Of a stretch of 64,000 nucleotides of DNA, positions 27,887-37,411 are shown piece by piece; position 1 is the first letter of the stretch; every line of letters starts with the position of its first letter. The stretch lies in IMG/VR virus record IMGVR_UViG_3300042305_001483; one strand, given 5' to 3'. The position numbers and the translations under genes are program-made. Source of the DNA: a virus. The notes below the pieces were generated by a model, which worked only from the letters and a program-made list of their open reading frames with translations, was not told where the DNA came from and searched no databases.

Positions 27887-28582
27887 ATGTTTGGAGCAAG
27901 TTATGGCCTGCCACAGGCCAGTTATCGAACAGCAGGAGAATTAAATTCTGCTATGGGTAAGGTCTATGCTAATATGGGATTGGCTGTCCTTACTTCTATG
28001 ATTATCAGTATGCTGGTTGCTAGTAGCCCGGCATTGATGTCATTCTTGTTTACAGGATTTATGAAATGGATTGTAATTTTTGCACCGTTAGTAGCAGTCT
28101 TTGCAATTAGCATTGCATTAAATGCAAATCCTCCGGCTCCCCTAGCACATCTAATGCTACACGGGTTCGCAGCATTAATGGGTCTCAGTTTCGCTACAAT
28201 TTTTGTAGTTTACAATTTAGGTAGTATTGTTAGTGCGTTTATGGGTGCTGCTGTTTTATTTGGTGCTATGAGTTTCTATGGGTACTTTACCAAAAAAAGC
28301 CTAGATAGTCTAGGAAAATGGATGTTTGTGGGGTTGATCGCAATCGTTATTGCTAGTATAATCAACATATTCGTAGGAAGTTCTGTGGCTCAAACGGTAA
28401 TCAGCGCATTGGCCATTATAATTTTCCTTGGATTAACTGCTTGGGATACTCAAAGAATCCGTGAAGAACTGTCGTCAAATACCAGTCCTGCTGCGGAAGT
28501 TAATGGTGCCCTAAGTCTTTACATTAACTTTATCAACATTTTCTTAAACTTGTTGAACCTATTTGGAAGTAAAAACGAATAA
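27887..28582 (+). CDS. Bax inhibitor-1/YccA family membrane protein
   Basis: 7 TM; LTAWDTQRI, ALSLYINFINIFL. Confidence 0.9.
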   Translation: MFGASYGLPQASYRTAGELNSAMGKVYANMGLAVLTSMIISMLVASSPALMSFLFTGFMKWIVIFAPLVAVFAISIALNANPPAPLAHLMLHGFAALMGLSFATIFVVYNLGSIVSAFMGAAVLFGAMSFYGYFTKKSLDSLGKWMFVGLIAIVIASIINIFVGSSVAQTVISALAIIIFLGLTAWDTQRIREELSSNTSPAAEVNGALSLYINFINIFLNLLNLFGSKNE

Positions 28583-29430
28583 TGGCACAAAGAACTCATT
28601 ACTGGAGTTGCAGTTCTTTCGCAGATTGGCTTCGAGGCACAGCCAAAAACGGAGCCAAGACTGCTGAAGGATGGCGTGATTGGCGGAAGGATGCAGAAAC
28701 AAAGTATCCTTTCCGTTATTGGCTTGCAGAAGAAGGATTGGATAAAATCCAAAATTTTATTTGGTGGCCAGTGGACAGATTGTACGATATCAAATATTAT
28801 ATTAACAATCGATTCATTAGCCGCACTCATTGTCTTACCGCTCACCCTAGAGACATTAGACCGGGTCAGTGGCGCGATGTTGGTAATCGCTTTTTGCCTT
28901 GTCTTTTCAATGAACTTGTTGATTATGTCGAAGTCGAACTAGCGTGGTGGCACCTTGTTTGGGATAAAGAATCTAGATCCAAATACAATGCACCGTGGTG
29001 GAGATTTGGCTGGTGGAACATGCGTCTGTGGCGCTGCCCACAAGCAGGTCTCGACAATCTCAAGTGGCAAAGTGAACTTGTTTGGAAAGAAGATGAATGT
29101 GAACCTGGTAGTCCCAATATTGGAAAACCTACCTATCAAGCAGAAAAAGCCCTAGAAATTCTAGCACTGTACAAGTGGTGGACCGAAGTTTATCCGAATC
29201 GTCCAGATGTATACGATGTCAGCGGTTGGACCAAGTACTGCGATCTCAAGAGAGAACTTTATGGAAATAAAGATCTTGATTGGTTTTGCGACGACAAAAC
29301 TCCTGCTGATCTAAGAGAATTTGGAGATCAGACTCTAAAAAAGAGTCGAGAAATTGAAGAAGCCTATGAACAAGAAGATGAAGAAATGCTAATTCGTCTT
29401 ATCAAAATTCGCAACTCACTTTGGACTTAA
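28582..29430 (+). CDS. hypothetical Trp-rich protein
   Basis: 282-aa ORF, translationally coupled. Confidence 0.75.
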   Translation: MAQRTHYWSCSSFADWLRGTAKNGAKTAEGWRDWRKDAETKYPFRYWLAEEGLDKIQNFIWWPVDRLYDIKYYINNRFISRTHCLTAHPRDIRPGQWRDVGNRFLPCLFNELVDYVEVELAWWHLVWDKESRSKYNAPWWRFGWWNMRLWRCPQAGLDNLKWQSELVWKEDECEPGSPNIGKPTYQAEKALEILALYKWWTEVYPNRPDVYDVSGWTKYCDLKRELYGNKDLDWFCDDKTPADLREFGDQTLKKSREIEEAYEQEDEEMLIRLIKIRNSLWT

Positions 29431-29433
29431 ATT

Positions 29434-29643
29434 ATGAACGACACAGACAACAAAATTAAAATCACATTTGCACCCGGATGTTTTGATAACTTTGACGGTT
29501 CTCAAGAAGAACTAGATGAGTTGATCAAAGAAATTACTCGCCTAGCAGAAAGCGGCGAACTTCTAGAAAATTCTAAGCCGGTAGAAATTCCAGAAGATTT
29601 TGATTTTGATGATGTTGAAATACCTAAAAGAAATTTGCAATGA
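29434..29643 (+). CDS. small acidic hypothetical protein
   Basis: packed ORF. Confidence 0.65.
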   Translation: MNDTDNKIKITFAPGCFDNFDGSQEELDELIKEITRLAESGELLENSKPVEIPEDFDFDDVEIPKRNLQ

Positions 29644-30194
29644 TATCTAAAAGTCCAGAACGTCATACCTTTCAAAAAGAAGGATATGTAAAACGCTGTG
29701 AAGAAAACGGCGAAACTCCTAGTGAGGATTACTTGGACATGTTCCAAAAGATACTTGAACAAGAGGACCGCAAGTGGGACGATCCTAAGGCCAGAGAAAA
29801 CAACATGGAATGGGATCTTGTTACTACTGATTGGATTTTGGCAAAGGCTCGTGCCAACGAAAACTATGCTCAAAACATCTACGCAGCATTGTGCAATAAC
29901 GGCTTTATCAAATTAGATGTAATTCCTATTCTTACGGAAAAAGAATGGAGTTGTTCGTGGCGCCATGCCGGGGGCATTGTTGCAGACATGCGACAAGAAG
30001 GTGACTACATTGATTGGTATTGCAGTGGCATAGGCGGACAAATCGTCGAGGAAGAAGGTAAAGAAACTACTGAACAATGGCGTGCTCGAACTGGCTTCAT
30101 GCCCGAAGGTATGATAACCAAAGAAATTCGAGAAGATTTTCAAAAACTAGGTTGGATACCTGCCAAAGGCGGAGATTGGGAACACTTTGAGTAA
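29640..30194 (+). CDS. hypothetical protein
   Basis: packed ORF, ATGA overlap. Confidence 0.7.
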   Translation: MISKSPERHTFQKEGYVKRCEENGETPSEDYLDMFQKILEQEDRKWDDPKARENNMEWDLVTTDWILAKARANENYAQNIYAALCNNGFIKLDVIPILTEKEWSCSWRHAGGIVADMRQEGDYIDWYCSGIGGQIVEEEGKETTEQWRARTGFMPEGMITKEIREDFQKLGWIPAKGGDWEHFE

Positions 30195-30438
30195 GCCAAT
30201 TATTCTTAAACCTGCTCAATGGGAAAAACTGAGAGAACAACTTAAAAAAGACTATAGACCCAGTGTTCTACTCATACGACAACGAATGCGCGATACTTTG
30301 GGATTTTTAGACCGCGAACATCGCTGGTATACAGAACAGCACGGGTATATGACTCAAATCTGTTTAGATTTCTACAACGAACCAAAACGAACTATGTTCA
30401 TGCTCAAATATAGTGAATTTATAGATAAACAATCATGA
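30187..30438 (+). CDS. hypothetical protein
   Basis: packed ORF; C-terminal FMLKY motif. Confidence 0.6.
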   Translation: MSKPIILKPAQWEKLREQLKKDYRPSVLLIRQRMRDTLGFLDREHRWYTEQHGYMTQICLDFYNEPKRTMFMLKYSEFIDKQS

Positions 30439-30791
30439 AATCAGGAAAAATTTGGGGCAGCACTGAATTAATACATGCCAACGGTGTTCTAGAATTTCAT
30501 AGGATTGAATTTAAATCTGGATTCAAATGTTCGGAACACCTACACAAATATAAATGGAATGGCTTTTTCGTTGAATCTGGAAAATTGTTAGTTCGAGTCT
30601 GGCAAGATGACCAAAATGGTTTAATCGACGAAACCATTTTAAATCCGGGAGAATTTACTCAAGTCAAACCAGGAAAGATACATCAATTCGAAGGCCTAGA
30701 AGATGGTGTTGCATTTGAACTATACTGGGCCGAATTCAACCACGATGATATTGTTCGAAGAACTGTTGGATCAAAAGTTTTGCACGACTAG
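30435..30791 (+). CDS. cupin-domain protein
   Basis: KIWG, CSEHLHKYK, GFFVESG, PGKIHQF. Confidence 0.75.
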   Translation: MKSGKIWGSTELIHANGVLEFHRIEFKSGFKCSEHLHKYKWNGFFVESGKLLVRVWQDDQNGLIDETILNPGEFTQVKPGKIHQFEGLEDGVAFELYWAEFNHDDIVRRTVGSKVLHD

Positions 30792-30802
30792 TAAATAGTC
30801 TG

Positions 30803-30831
30803 TTGACAAAATTTTAGTTTGATGCTATACT
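30803..30831 (+). promoter_or_regulatory. sigma70-like early promoter
   Basis: TTGACA-17-TATACT with extended -10 TG. Confidence 0.7.
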
Positions 30832-30860
30832 ATTGAAACAGTCAATGTTCAGGAGCAATT

Positions 30861-32048
30861 ATGGCTACTTCTACTGCCAAACGAATCAAAGCCCATCAGG
30901 CCCTTCAATCTAGCAAACGAGATCATAGCCCAAAGTGGGACGATGCAGAAAATTGGTCTGGAGAAAAATTTACTGCATACTTTAGAAGTGCAATGGGATA
31001 TTATAACCTTAACCATAATGGTAAGGATCTCAAGCCTCAAGTTATTAATTGGATGGCTAGAAATGGATATTCCAAGACTGTTATCGAACAGTTCAAGAAA
31101 ACTAAAGATTGGCGTTGCCAAATTACCATAGGTGCAGTTGCTGCCTGCCTCAACAAAGGCATGCCCAATGTTCATCCCGGATTTAACAACGGCAGAGATA
31201 CTGCTACCTGGCTTGGTGCAGAAATTTCTCGTGTGTTAACTGATGGCAAAAACGATATTGATCCTGAAGAGACAGTCAAGGTTGAAAAAGTAGCGACTCC
31301 TGTTGTAACTATTCAAGACCGTCTTCGAGAAGCCGCCGGCACCATGTGTGAAGAACTTGACGTTGCTATTGACAGTTTTATTCTTGATCCAGAAAACTTT
31401 GACCCTAAATCTTTCAAAATTATTAATCTTTTGAGAGGCAAAGGAGCCAAGGCTGCTCATGCACGATACATCAAAAGTTTTTTCCAATTCGGTCATGACG
31501 AACTTCAAGAACTGGCCAGTGGTAATGCCGATGACCAACTTCGAGAGGCTTATAAGCATCACCCCAGAAAACACGTTCGTAAGTTGATTGAATTTTACGA
31601 AAGCATTATGTCTGCTTGCGATCAGATCGCCGCAGAGCAAAAAGTGCTAAAGAAGCCTCGTGCTAAGAAAGTTAAGCCAGTTGAAGATTTGGTCAAGAAA
31701 CTCAAATTTTGTATTAAGGACGACAAGTTGGGTATTGTAAGCACCCCTCCTGCTCAAATTGTTAGGGCACAAGGTGTTGTTGTTTACAATGTAAAAACTA
31801 GAAAACTAGGCTACTACATTGCTAATAGCAGTAACGGATTTGGTGTAAAAGGAACAACTATCACGGACTTTACCACTAAAAGTATTCAAAAGACTTTGCG
31901 CAAGCCCCCGGAACAGATCAAAGAGTTCAAGGAACAAAATACGCAAAAACGGTTTGAAACTTGGTTTAGCAAGAGTGTCAAAACTACTGAAACTGCACTG
32001 AATGGCCGTGTCAATGAAGACATTGTTATCCTTAAGGTTTTCAAATAG
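30861..32048 (+). CDS. hypothetical phage protein (395 aa, basic C-terminus)
   Basis: long ORF, AGGAG SD, directly after a promoter. Confidence 0.8.
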   Translation: MATSTAKRIKAHQALQSSKRDHSPKWDDAENWSGEKFTAYFRSAMGYYNLNHNGKDLKPQVINWMARNGYSKTVIEQFKKTKDWRCQITIGAVAACLNKGMPNVHPGFNNGRDTATWLGAEISRVLTDGKNDIDPEETVKVEKVATPVVTIQDRLREAAGTMCEELDVAIDSFILDPENFDPKSFKIINLLRGKGAKAAHARYIKSFFQFGHDELQELASGNADDQLREAYKHHPRKHVRKLIEFYESIMSACDQIAAEQKVLKKPRAKKVKPVEDLVKKLKFCIKDDKLGIVSTPPAQIVRAQGVVVYNVKTRKLGYYIANSSNGFGVKGTTITDFTTKSIQKTLRKPPEQIKEFKEQNTQKRFETWFSKSVKTTETALNGRVNEDIVILKVFK

Positions 32049-32103
32049 CCACTAAGGTATAAAATGAAACTTGTGCAATTTAACAAAACTCCCTGATCAA
32101 ATC

Positions 32104-32304
32104 ATGAATAAATCTACAGAAAAAGTACTTCCTGCACCCGAAGCATTGATGCAATTAGACCATCCTATGGCTAGTAAGTTTGCTAAATTTTGGACGACTT
32201 ATCAGTTTGATCCCACAGGAGCAAAGTCCTGGATAGAGGCTAATCCTAAAGAAGCACAAGAACTTAGGGCTTTTGTACAGAAATTTGGGTCACAGTTTAT
32301 CTAA
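32104..32304 (+). CDS. hypothetical protein
   Basis: ORF, ATG 32104. Confidence 0.45.
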   Translation: MNKSTEKVLPAPEALMQLDHPMASKFAKFWTTYQFDPTGAKSWIEANPKEAQELRAFVQKFGSQFI

Positions 32305-32309
32305 CATTT

Positions 32310-32507
32310 ATGAATACTAGTTATCAACCCACCCGAAGCCAACAATTAATGCTGGCATCTGCTGTAGCAGAAAAGTATGGCAAGCGTTCTCCCTACGAAC
32401 GTATCATTGTACACTATGTACTTAAAGATACACACTTGGTTTTGCACCTTCAAATTGAAAGACAGTGTCCAGAGCATGGGGTGTTTTTTGAACGTGTATA
32501 TCTATAA
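32310..32507 (+). CDS. hypothetical protein
   Basis: packed ORF. Confidence 0.5.
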   Translation: MNTSYQPTRSQQLMLASAVAEKYGKRSPYERIIVHYVLKDTHLVLHLQIERQCPEHGVFFERVYL

Positions 32508-32518
32508 TCGGAGTTAAA

Positions 32519-32815
32519 ATGAACCGAGAGGATGAAAAACTTAAAAATTCCAAACGCAGGCATCGTGATGAAGTTGCTGTAAAACGCCAGGCTAAAATTG
32601 CCAAAGAACATGGTGCACCAGTTAAGGACCCACATAAACTGCATAAAAAACATGCTATGGATTGTGGTAACCCGGGTTGTTTCTTGTGTGGAAACCCTCG
32701 AAAGATTCATAAGGATAAACTTACTCAGCAAGAAAAACGTCTTTTTCAAGACATCGATGCACCCAATGACAGACACAGTAATGGAGTAAAAAATGACCAA
32801 GAAGATTTACTATGA
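32519..32815 (+). CDS. basic His/Cys-motif hypothetical protein
   Basis: GGAG SD; HAMDCGNPGCFLCGNPR. Confidence 0.7.
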   Translation: MNREDEKLKNSKRRHRDEVAVKRQAKIAKEHGAPVKDPHKLHKKHAMDCGNPGCFLCGNPRKIHKDKLTQQEKRLFQDIDAPNDRHSNGVKNDQEDLL

Positions 32816-33251
32816 AAAAAAGGGACGAAGGTATGTACCCGTAGCCGAGTATGACAGCGACTATTTAGATAGTTTTCCCAAGGGAAATCATCTTGTTATG
32901 TGCTACCCCGGAGGATCTAGCCGAGTATTCAATATCAATCCAGACTATGCTAGTCTTATTGCTGCTAGTCGGGTAGCACATGATGCTATGTGCAGATCTA
33001 TTGTCAAAGCCAGTGAAATGAAACCTAAGAAAACGCCCCTTACCCTCGAACAAAGGCAGGCATGGGATAATCTAAAAAAAGCATTTGGTGATGAAATGTA
33101 TTCTCTAAAAATTGACAGTGCCTATGACGTTGCTCAAGCAGGCATAAAGGCTTTACAAGAGGAAGCAAAGATGCTACAATCTAATGAAGCCGTTAAAAAG
33201 GCTATGGATCATCTCAATCTCATTGTCGAACTTACAAAGGAACAAAAATGA
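32793..33251 (+). CDS. hypothetical protein
   Basis: GGAG SD, packed. Confidence 0.7.
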   Translation: MTKKIYYEKKGRRYVPVAEYDSDYLDSFPKGNHLVMCYPGGSSRVFNINPDYASLIAASRVAHDAMCRSIVKASEMKPKKTPLTLEQRQAWDNLKKAFGDEMYSLKIDSAYDVAQAGIKALQEEAKMLQSNEAVKKAMDHLNLIVELTKEQK

Positions 33252-33823
33252 TTAATCTTAAACAGTGGATGGAAGTTGTTGATTACCGTATTACCGAAGG
33301 TGATCAATATTACAGTGAAGTATTTGGCAACGACGCCAGATGCTATTGCCTCAGTGCATGGAATGGTGACCACGACGGTTATACTTTCAATATTATATTT
33401 GACACTGATACTCAAGTGGTCTATATGGTAGAGGCATGCGATTACAAACATAATCGGGCATATCGTCGAATCAATCCAAATTTTGTTGATGCATACAATA
33501 AAAATGCCAATGAAATGGATCATGTTGCCTGGGACGATGTAAAGTACATTGATCTTGATGTCGATGATGATTGGATGGACAAGGCGCTTGCTATCAAATC
33601 AGGTGAAGACTATGATACTCGCGTTAGTATTCCTTTAGATTTTACAGATGAAGAACTACTGAAGTACATGAAAATGGCTCATGAAAAAGATATGACCTTT
33701 AATAAGTTTGTTGAAGAAGCACTTAAGGCTGCAATTGACCACTATGAAAAGGATCCAGAAGGAGCCTTGGCTCGTGCCAAGGAATGGAAAGAATCTCAAT
33801 TGATCAAATCGGAAGATTGCTGA
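33248..33823 (+). CDS. hypothetical protein with C-terminal ribbon-helix-helix-like segment
   Basis: AHEKDMTFNKFVEEAL resembles HicB-type RHH tails. Confidence 0.6.
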   Translation: MINLKQWMEVVDYRITEGDQYYSEVFGNDARCYCLSAWNGDHDGYTFNIIFDTDTQVVYMVEACDYKHNRAYRRINPNFVDAYNKNANEMDHVAWDDVKYIDLDVDDDWMDKALAIKSGEDYDTRVSIPLDFTDEELLKYMKMAHEKDMTFNKFVEEALKAAIDHYEKDPEGALARAKEWKESQLIKSEDC

Positions 33824-33824
33824 A

Positions 33825-34079
33825 ATGACTTTACCCGACGAAAGATATCGTGCTGTAATGTGGGCTAAAAGGTTTTTAGAGAGTGTTGCTTACAAACCAT
33901 CAGTCTACCCTCGTGTACCAAAATATTTACGAAGAGAAGCAAATAGTATCCTTCGTCATTTTCCCAGTGAGTGGGACTTACAACAAGCAGCCGAAAAGGC
34001 ACCATCTGTGTTTCAAGAAAAAATGGAACCGTTGTATCGAATGGTCAAACAACACGAACAGGATAAACAAGATGTATAA
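33825..34079 (+). CDS. hypothetical protein
   Basis: packed ORF. Confidence 0.65.
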   Translation: MTLPDERYRAVMWAKRFLESVAYKPSVYPRVPKYLRREANSILRHFPSEWDLQQAAEKAPSVFQEKMEPLYRMVKQHEQDKQDV

Positions 34080-34503
34080 CGAAAATGAATATGATATCTT
34101 CGAAAAAAAGATGATGGAGACCTATCCTAAAATGTTTGCAAATCCCTACGGTGGGATTGCAATTGGTTCAGGCTGGTGGCCAATTATCGAAACTCTGTGC
34201 CGACATATTCAACATCACATTGATTGGAAACAACAACAAAAGGAAAAGTACGGCCGTGGTGAAGGTTGTGAACAAGTCGTAGTTGCTCAAATTAAAGAAA
34301 AATTTGGTGGACTGAGATTTTATTACGACGGCGGGGACGATGTAATTGGCGGTATGGTCCGTATGGCAGAGGCTTGGGCAGGTAATTCCTGCGAAGAATG
34401 TGGTAAGCCCGGAAAGAGCCGTGAAGGGGGTTGGATACGAACTCTCTGTGACGAGCACGAAGCCGAATATCAGGCAAGAAAAACTCAAAATGAAATTAAG
34501 TGA
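34072..34503 (+). CDS. hypothetical protein with C-terminal Zn-ribbon
   Basis: QIKEKFGGLRFY; CEECG...TLCDEH; start likely ATG 34072. Confidence 0.7.
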   Translation: MYNENEYDIFEKKMMETYPKMFANPYGGIAIGSGWWPIIETLCRHIQHHIDWKQQQKEKYGRGEGCEQVVVAQIKEKFGGLRFYYDGGDDVIGGMVRMAEAWAGNSCEECGKPGKSREGGWIRTLCDEHEAEYQARKTQNEIK

Positions 34504-34816
34504 ACTTAAACGACTAGTTGAACGCTACGATCTTAATCCATACCACGAAGATGCAGAAGTAGTGATCCAAATTAAACTGCCATACTCTACCGTTGGTGGT
34601 ACGCCATTCGTCAAAGTAAAAACCGTTTATCCTGGATTTGACTGGGATCAGGGCAAGTTCTTCATTATTCCAGAAGAAGATGTTACGCCCAGTGATCGTG
34701 ACTTCGCCAAGCAGATGAAAGAGATGCAAGATCGTGCTGGTTGGGCAGACTATGAGAACCGCAACCTCAAGGCTGAGATCAAGCAATTGAAGAAGAAGTT
34801 GAAGACAGAAGAATGA
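34490..34816 (+). CDS. hypothetical protein with coiled-coil tail
   Basis: start likely ATG 34490. Confidence 0.65.
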   Translation: MKLSELKRLVERYDLNPYHEDAEVVIQIKLPYSTVGGTPFVKVKTVYPGFDWDQGKFFIIPEEDVTPSDRDFAKQMKEMQDRAGWADYENRNLKAEIKQLKKKLKTEE

Positions 34817-35007
34817 ACGAACAAATTAAGAAACTGTTGGATAAAGGATATTCACATTGCGCAATCGCTATGTACTGTGGAGGTCCAGTTGGAACAGCAG
34901 AGTACTATAAAGTGCTAAATGAGTTAGATCCACATCGTCCTATAGGTTGCCCACATTGTGGAGAACCTTGTTTCGGTACTGGTGATTGTAATTGTCGGGA
35001 TTCATAA
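34813..35007 (+). CDS. small Cys-rich hypothetical protein (MNEQ start)
   Basis: CPHCGEPC...CNC; ATGA overlap. Confidence 0.6.
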   Translation: MNEQIKKLLDKGYSHCAIAMYCGGPVGTAEYYKVLNELDPHRPIGCPHCGEPCFGTGDCNCRDS

Positions 35008-35008
35008 A

Positions 35009-35314
35009 ATGAATGAACGTCTCAAGGAACTATACGAACAAGCACATATGATCAGGGAATACTCAGCAGATGATCCTATGCGTGGCGGGAATCCTTCGAC
35101 GGTGTACTGGGATGGTGAACGCAGCGCCAAGAAGTTTGCTGAGTTGATTGTGCGGGAATGTGTTGATAGCATGGAAAAATGTTTTGCTGGCGGCATAGGG
35201 ACCGATAATAACAAAGACGTATGGGGACCTTCGGCAAGCACATTCAAGGCGTGGAACGGCGCAATTAAGTTTAGTCGTGACAAGATTAAAGAACATTTCG
35301 GAGTTAAAGAATGA
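35009..35314 (+). CDS. MNER-family paralog 1
   Basis: MNERLKEL...KFAELIVREC...IKEHFGVKE. Confidence 0.7.
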   Translation: MNERLKELYEQAHMIREYSADDPMRGGNPSTVYWDGERSAKKFAELIVRECVDSMEKCFAGGIGTDNNKDVWGPSASTFKAWNGAIKFSRDKIKEHFGVKE

Positions 35315-35520
35315 AACCAAAGTCAGCCAACGGTGTAAATGGTGTTTTGATAAGAACACTTAACGGATATATGTTCCGTGTCTACGATGACGAACATAAT
35401 TTTGTAGATTATGATTTACAACATAGTGACCTATCTGTTACAATAACTGATGAAGATGCGTATTTCCATCTCAACTCAGTATTGGATCACGCTCCTGCAA
35501 CATTAGGACACGAAGAATGA
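35311..35520 (+). CDS. hypothetical protein
   Basis: ATGA overlaps on both sides. Confidence 0.65.
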   Translation: MKPKSANGVNGVLIRTLNGYMFRVYDDEHNFVDYDLQHSDLSVTITDEDAYFHLNSVLDHAPATLGHEE

Positions 35521-35735
35521 ACGAACGAATTAACGGACTTTGGTGGAAGGCTCGGATAGGCTATAACAATCAAAACTGTGATCCAGAAGTGTTAGAAAAG
35601 TTCGCCGAGTTGATTGTAGAGGAATGTAGGACGGTTGTAACTGAGGTGTATCGTAATACTCCTTTAGAACTATGTGGTCCTTTGCTCACAGCCGATGAAA
35701 AGATTGCAGAACATTTTTACAGAGTTAAAGAATGA
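35517..35735 (+). CDS. MNER-family paralog 2
   Basis: MNERINGL...KFAELIVEEC...IAEHFYRVKE. Confidence 0.7.
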   Translation: MNERINGLWWKARIGYNNQNCDPEVLEKFAELIVEECRTVVTEVYRNTPLELCGPLLTADEKIAEHFYRVKE

Positions 35736-35914
35736 TTTTGTATTTTATTTTATTTCTTATCTTATGGACAGTTGTTAGTGTTTGGTGGTTCTTCTATAAT
35801 CTACCAAACAAAAACAAACCTGGTCGTTGGTATCAGTGGATATTTGTGCCGCCTTGTCTGGCAATCGCATTTATAGTTGGAAAGGTCATAAAGTTCAGGA
35901 GTAAATTAAAATGA
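35732..35914 (+). CDS. small 2-TM membrane protein
   Basis: two hydrophobic segments; ATGA overlaps. Confidence 0.6.
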   Translation: MILYFILFLILWTVVSVWWFFYNLPNKNKPGRWYQWIFVPPCLAIAFIVGKVIKFRSKLK

Positions 35915-36156
35915 ACGAACGAATTAAAGAACTCGCCATCAGTGCCGGTATGACAAAGATGAACCAGCGCAGTGATGGGTTGTATGTTGTAGGCGAAGAG
36001 GTCTTTGATACATTTGCTAAAATGCTTATTGAAAAATGTGTAGGTGCGTGTTCCTTGAACGCAGTAGGTATGGTAGGAACTCATGCTAGCGCATATAATA
36101 GCGCAATCGGTGCTTGTGTTAAAAATATTAAACAAACATTTGAGATCGAACCATGA
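35911..36156 (+). CDS. MNER-family paralog 3
   Basis: MNERIKEL...FAKMLIEKC...IKQTFEIE. Confidence 0.7.
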   Translation: MNERIKELAISAGMTKMNQRSDGLYVVGEEVFDTFAKMLIEKCVGACSLNAVGMVGTHASAYNSAIGACVKNIKQTFEIEP

Positions 36157-36392
36157 ACAAGCATTTACGTAGACTAGAAGATCAATGTTGGGAAGAGCGA
36201 ATTGTTGATGGTGAACCAATTTGGTATTTTGATACTGAACGATATGCTAAACTAATACTACTTGAAGTTACAGATATTCTTTCCACCTATCGTCTAAAGG
36301 TTGATTTTATTGATGGATTCGAATATAATTGTGTTCACTCTATTCAAGCGATAGAAAAACATTTCGGAGTAAAAAATGAAGATCGGACTTAG
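36153..36392 (+). CDS. MNER-family paralog 4 (divergent)
   Basis: MNKHLRRL...YAKLILLEV...IEKHFGVK. Confidence 0.65.
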   Translation: MNKHLRRLEDQCWEERIVDGEPIWYFDTERYAKLILLEVTDILSTYRLKVDFIDGFEYNCVHSIQAIEKHFGVKNEDRT

Positions 36393-36795
36393 TTTTAGCA
36401 GATGTATTAAAGATATCTTCCTAGGAGAAGTAGACTATGAAGATGTGCTAATAATTATTGCCAGAACTCGATTTAACCCTAACGACGACCAAGAATGGGA
36501 AGGTATCTGGTCGGGATATCATCACGGCGGAATGTGGAGTCATCCAGAATGGAATGAGATCCCAGATGACAAAGAAGGGGAACTAAGGGCACTGGCCTGT
36601 ATGTTATACAACGACGGCAAACTTCATCAGCCTAGATATTTTGGTGCCGGAGTGCCTCGTAGGCCGGAAATTTGGTTGGAAACGGTGTTACCTAGCCGTG
36701 AACTAGAAAAGAATCCTGCTGCTAAAAAAGCATGGGATCACTTTCAAGTTGTAGCAGGGCTGACCAAAGTTGATCTTAATAAGGATTACGGATGA
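36376..36795 (+). CDS. hypothetical protein
   Basis: GGAG SD, packed. Confidence 0.7.
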   Translation: MKIGLSFSRCIKDIFLGEVDYEDVLIIIARTRFNPNDDQEWEGIWSGYHHGGMWSHPEWNEIPDDKEGELRALACMLYNDGKLHQPRYFGAGVPRRPEIWLETVLPSRELEKNPAAKKAWDHFQVVAGLTKVDLNKDYG

Positions 36796-37055
36796 AAAAC
36801 TTTTTTGGTTTTATTCGTTGGCAATGGCGAAAGTGGGAAACATGGCAAAAGATGTTTATTTTTTCTATGTTTTTTGTTGTTTTAAGCACTCAATTTGAAG
36901 GTATTATGCGGACACTTCTATCAGCAATACCACTGCTGGTAGTATTTTCTTATGCATTAAAATGGTTTGTTTGGGAACAGACTAAAGAAAATTATCAAAA
37001 GTATAAAAAAGAAAAACAGAGCCTGCTCGAAACAATTAAAACATCTGATCAATAA
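36792..37055 (+). CDS. 2-TM membrane protein
   Basis: hydrophobic segments. Confidence 0.65.
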   Translation: MKNFFGFIRWQWRKWETWQKMFIFSMFFVVLSTQFEGIMRTLLSAIPLLVVFSYALKWFVWEQTKENYQKYKKEKQSLLETIKTSDQ

Positions 37056-37402
37056 TGACAAAAAACGCATTTATTTTCAGTTGGGACTGTAATGGCATCG
37101 AGTCTATTATTCCCATTTCTAAATACGAACACTGGGATAAAGAAAATCTAATCAGATTACTTAAAGAACAATCCAGAACAAGAAATCCTTTAGATTCAAT
37201 TGTTCATAATTTAATTCTTCGTGCAAGAGTTAACACACAGCGGCGTTATGAGATTTATGCTATTGATTGCGATCCTAGCCTCGACGAAGAATTTTGGCGT
37301 CGGCAGTGGGAAGAACACCCGCAGTTTACCGCAGATCTTATTCGAGAAAAAGGACATAAAATTTACAGCGATAGGCAAACTACGCAATCAGTTATAACTT
37401 AA
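37055..37402 (+). CDS. hypothetical protein
   Basis: packed ORF. Confidence 0.65.
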   Translation: MTKNAFIFSWDCNGIESIIPISKYEHWDKENLIRLLKEQSRTRNPLDSIVHNLILRARVNTQRRYEIYAIDCDPSLDEEFWRRQWEEHPQFTADLIREKGHKIYSDRQTTQSVIT

Positions 37403-37411
37403 AGGAAATAT

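Noticed and set aside
34808-36392. Integron cassettes or diversity-generating retroelement
   Set aside because: No attC palindromes, integrase or reverse transcriptase, and no adenine-specific TR/VR pair
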